From the NCBI RefSeq assembly GCF_009914755.1, contig NC_060939.1: DNA of 64,000 bases. One strand, 5' to 3'. Shown here in pieces: positions 56,771 through 64,000 of this stretch. The position numbers and the translations under genes are program-made. The notes under the pieces were generated by a model, which worked only from the letters and a program-made list of their open reading frames with translations, did not search any database and was not told where the DNA came from. The first letter of the stretch is position 1; each line of letters begins with the position of its first letter. Origin of the DNA: the human T2T-CHM13v2.0 reference genome, Homo sapiens.

Positions 56771-57876
56771 TTTGTTTTGAAACAAAAAATGCACTGCTTG
56801 TAACTTTCAACAAGTAACATAAAGAACTACAAAATTACTATATAATAGTGAATTGCTCTACTTAAGATATTTAAAAGCCATTTAAGAAGTCTGGCAACTC
56901 AAATAAATGCAGGAAACAGCACAAACCTTTCCATCAAAATAGCAGTTGAGCCAAAGTTCAGACTTAATATATTGGAGACAGAAGTTATAACTCTCCAGGT
57001 TTATCATTTCTAATATGAATATCATTAAGCCGCGTTTCCAAACCCCCAAATAATAGCCAACCCAGCTACATTCTGTTCCTTAGAGTGATGCTTGGGGAGC
57101 AACGTATTTTTGAAAAGATTCTTTTCCAGTTTAAAGTCATATATCAGAACCAAGAAGTATGAATAGGCCTTGGATTCGAAGTTTGCTGGATGGTTAAGCA
57201 AGCTTGTTAGGCAACCAGCTACATCGGAATATTTACATAGAGAAAGAAAGAGCAGTTTTAAGACCGGCTGATGATTCAAGACATAAAATACATTTATTCT
57301 GTGAGCTGTTTGGGGGATATAGTAAAACATAAATATAACTGAAAACCTAAATTGTTGAGCCAACTGAAGAGACTCAGAATCAAATTCTATTCATATACAT
57401 TTGCATGGCTTCCCTTGAAATCAACAGGCACTACATGTATACCTAAGGGCATTATATTTACATATTTTGCCCATTGCTGGCTTGGAGTAATTTTTTCTAT
57501 AATAAGAATAGAAGAGAAGTTTATAGTTCACTCGCTGTTTTCATCTCTTTGTTCCAGTGTATTTCACGAAATACAAAAGAGTCTCACGAAGTTTTCATTG
57601 CTGTTGAAAAGGTAAATTGAGGCACTCATAAAGTAAATTGTCCCCAAATTGTCTTATAAATCACTGGCTGATTAAGAAATCCAAAATTTTAATTTGACAC
57701 GATGCCACCCTTTCTGAAGATACAAGAATGATCAGATTTTCTCTGTGTAATAATACGTGTGGGCTTAGAAAGCACAATACTTCATTAAATTCCTTTTCTA
57801 GATATAAACACAAAATAGAATTCTTAAGAAAAAAAATAAAACCTTTGGTGTGGCATAGATTTTGTTTAAGATGCAC

Positions 57877-57882
57877 TTTATT
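57877..57882 (-). terminator. Candidate minus-strand poly(A) signal
   Basis: AATAAA on the minus strand followed ~35-80 nt downstream by a U/GU-rich tract (ggttttattttttttctt...ttttgtgttt). Confidence 0.3.
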
Positions 57883-58753
57883 TAAACAGAGATAGTTAAC
57901 ATCAGTGGCTGGTTAGCAGCTGAATAATTACATTAAATATATTCACCTCAGTGAAGACTGAAAACAAAGAGATAGTAAGTAATTTTTTTTACAAGTACCC
58001 TGCTGTCATAGCAGCTGATCATGTTTAATAGCAACCAGTATTTCCACTAATTTTGCAAGAAAGACATGTTGGAGATAATTTCATCTTCTAGAGTAACTGT
58101 AAATAATCTTCTCAGAAGTGAGTTTACAATGACACCATATAGCATAACCACCAGCGAACAACTTGGAAACGTAATTTTTAGAACTGTAGTATTTGCAAAT
58201 TAAAGGATTGATGTTAACTTCAGTCAACAGGGAAAATAAACTTGATGAGTAGAATACATTAATATCAAATCAGGTTTGTAGATAACATATACGTTTCATG
58301 CGATATCCCAAGGTGTCTGGGTGTCGCACTTTCTTTCTCAAGAGAACCTCAAAGGAAATCACTATTCATTCTAATTGTATCATTTTAATATTCATCTTGT
58401 AAACAATGCAACATTTTTGCATGAAGTTAAAAAAATTCAGGTCACTTTTTAAAATAAATCTTCAAGGAACTGGGGAATTAGAAAATCTAGTTTATTTTTT
58501 AATTGATAACAAAGAACATCAGAGGACCACAGGCATCATGACATCATGGTTTTCTTTTTATCATTAAATACAATTATGTAAACGGGAAGACTCTGCAGTT
58601 ATTCCCCAAAGTAATATACAAACTCTAAAATGCAGGATGTTCACATAGCATAAATATAAACAAAATGAAAATTAAAAGCTATGAATTTTTTAAAGTTTGA
58701 CCTATTGTGTAGATGTCAGTTATGTTATTTTGATAATTAACAAGCAAAAATAG

Positions 58754-59174
<421 letters not shown>

Positions 59175-59302
59175 GGCCCAATATAGTATTAAAAGAAATG
59201 TAACCATCCCTTCCTGTAGGTGCTCTACAATTTCTTAATTATCATCATAATTTCCACTGATTATCTTATGCTTCATTATTAAGATATAAAAACACAAAAT
59301 AA

Positions 59303-59723
<421 letters not shown>

Positions 59724-59765
<42 letters not shown>
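59724..59765. repeat. (TA)~20 microsatellite grown from the Alu tail
   Basis: Uninterrupted tatata tract. Confidence 0.95.
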
Positions 59766-59770
<5 letters not shown>

Positions 59771-59842
59771 AAAAAGATTTTATCTCTGGAAAATGAGAAT
59801 AAAAGTTTTTTTGTTGTTTCTATAGATATTCTGCTTATGTAG

Positions 59843-60141
<299 letters not shown>

Positions 60142-60969
60142 TAGAAAGTACTTATTTTCGCAAAGTACTTAACACATAAGTAGAAGGAAATATTACAACA
60201 CAGTTAATTTATAATTCCTCAAATCCCTATCGTTTAAGTTAGTCTTCAAAGGCTCTGCAAAACACAGAAACTCAATGTATTACAAAGAATTAGACTAATT
60301 CAAAAAGGAATATCACAAATATTTATAACCTGTTTAGGAAGAGCTATAAGAGAATAGAATTTCCTTGCGAAGAGGTACCAAATGTTCTCTACTGAAGTGA
60401 GAAGTGCACGTGTTATTAAATAATATCAGCCATAAATAGATATTTCTTATTCTAGTTATGCACTGAGTTTTGATCCTGATAAATAACTTGTCAACACTTT
60501 ATATAAAGCAACTGATATTTTATCATTTTTAAATTTTAAGTGACCAAATATACAAAATGCCATAAAAATTGTTACTTGTACAATTATTAAAGCCCAACTG
60601 GTAACTAGGAAGAAAAAAATGATTTTAGTAAGGGCTTAAATGAACAGAAAAGTAGTGCATTTTCTAGAAAATATAATCTCAAGTATCCCGATATTACATA
60701 TTTCCTTACAATATTTTATGTGTATAACAACTGACTTTTAAAACCTGACTTGTATGGCAAAAAGTGGCATCATATAAGAAAAATAAAGCACTGCACTTCT
60801 TCCTGTTAGGTCAAAAATGTTGGGAATTGAAGACTTTCAGTTTGTTTTAAATTAGAAGAGGCTTTGTGACACTTTAAAATGGAAAAATAAAAAACTTTTA
60901 ATTAAATATCTAGAAAAGGAGATATTTTACTCAGAAAAAAATCTATCTTTACAGTAAATTATATTCATA

Positions 60970-64000
<3,031 letters not shown>

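Noticed and set aside
57025-57363. 112-aa minus-strand ORF in unique sequence
   Set aside because: Non-ATG start, low-complexity AT-rich composition, no known homology.
60330-60410. Possible small minus-strand exon (acceptor cttctcacttcag)
   Set aside because: Donor is weak (gttata) and the translations are not recognisable.

Overview
Primate (human-like) genomic DNA with no recognisable intact protein-coding exon. Roughly half the window is interspersed repeat: 26 Alu/FLAM copies, many old L1M fragments, MaLR/ERVL LTRs, MIR/L2, and MER5/MER20/MER44/MER58/MER85/MER103/Arthur DNA elements. Repeat-poor, homeobox-motif-rich islands that resemble conserved enhancers lie between them. The only gene-derived sequence is a ~4.1-kb processed pseudogene of NMNAT1 (44472-48597, + strand), bounded by a 16-bp target-site duplication and inserted in an L1ME 3' end. 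Its 5' end is unusual. The canonical NMNAT1 exon 1 is replaced by a THE1 (MaLR) LTR fragment that stops exactly at the LTR's internal splice donor and joins exactly at the first base of NMNAT1 exon 2. The retrocopy therefore looks like a fossil of an LTR-promoted, spliced NMNAT1 isoform. An LTR ATG is in frame and would add 22 residues, translating the same 5'UTR segment that forms the linker of the mouse WldS protein. Other observations: a cluster of local inverted duplications (template-switch scars) at 28.1-32.5 kb, a 265-bp non-tandem local copy, a twin-primed L1, a MER85 with its PGBD3 palindrome, an Alu with a second tail, and a near-uniform + orientation of L1s that hints at a minus-strand host transcript. 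Repeat subfamily names and the NMNAT1/THE1/WldS reference sequences are recalled from memory, not from a search. Repeat boundaries are approximate.
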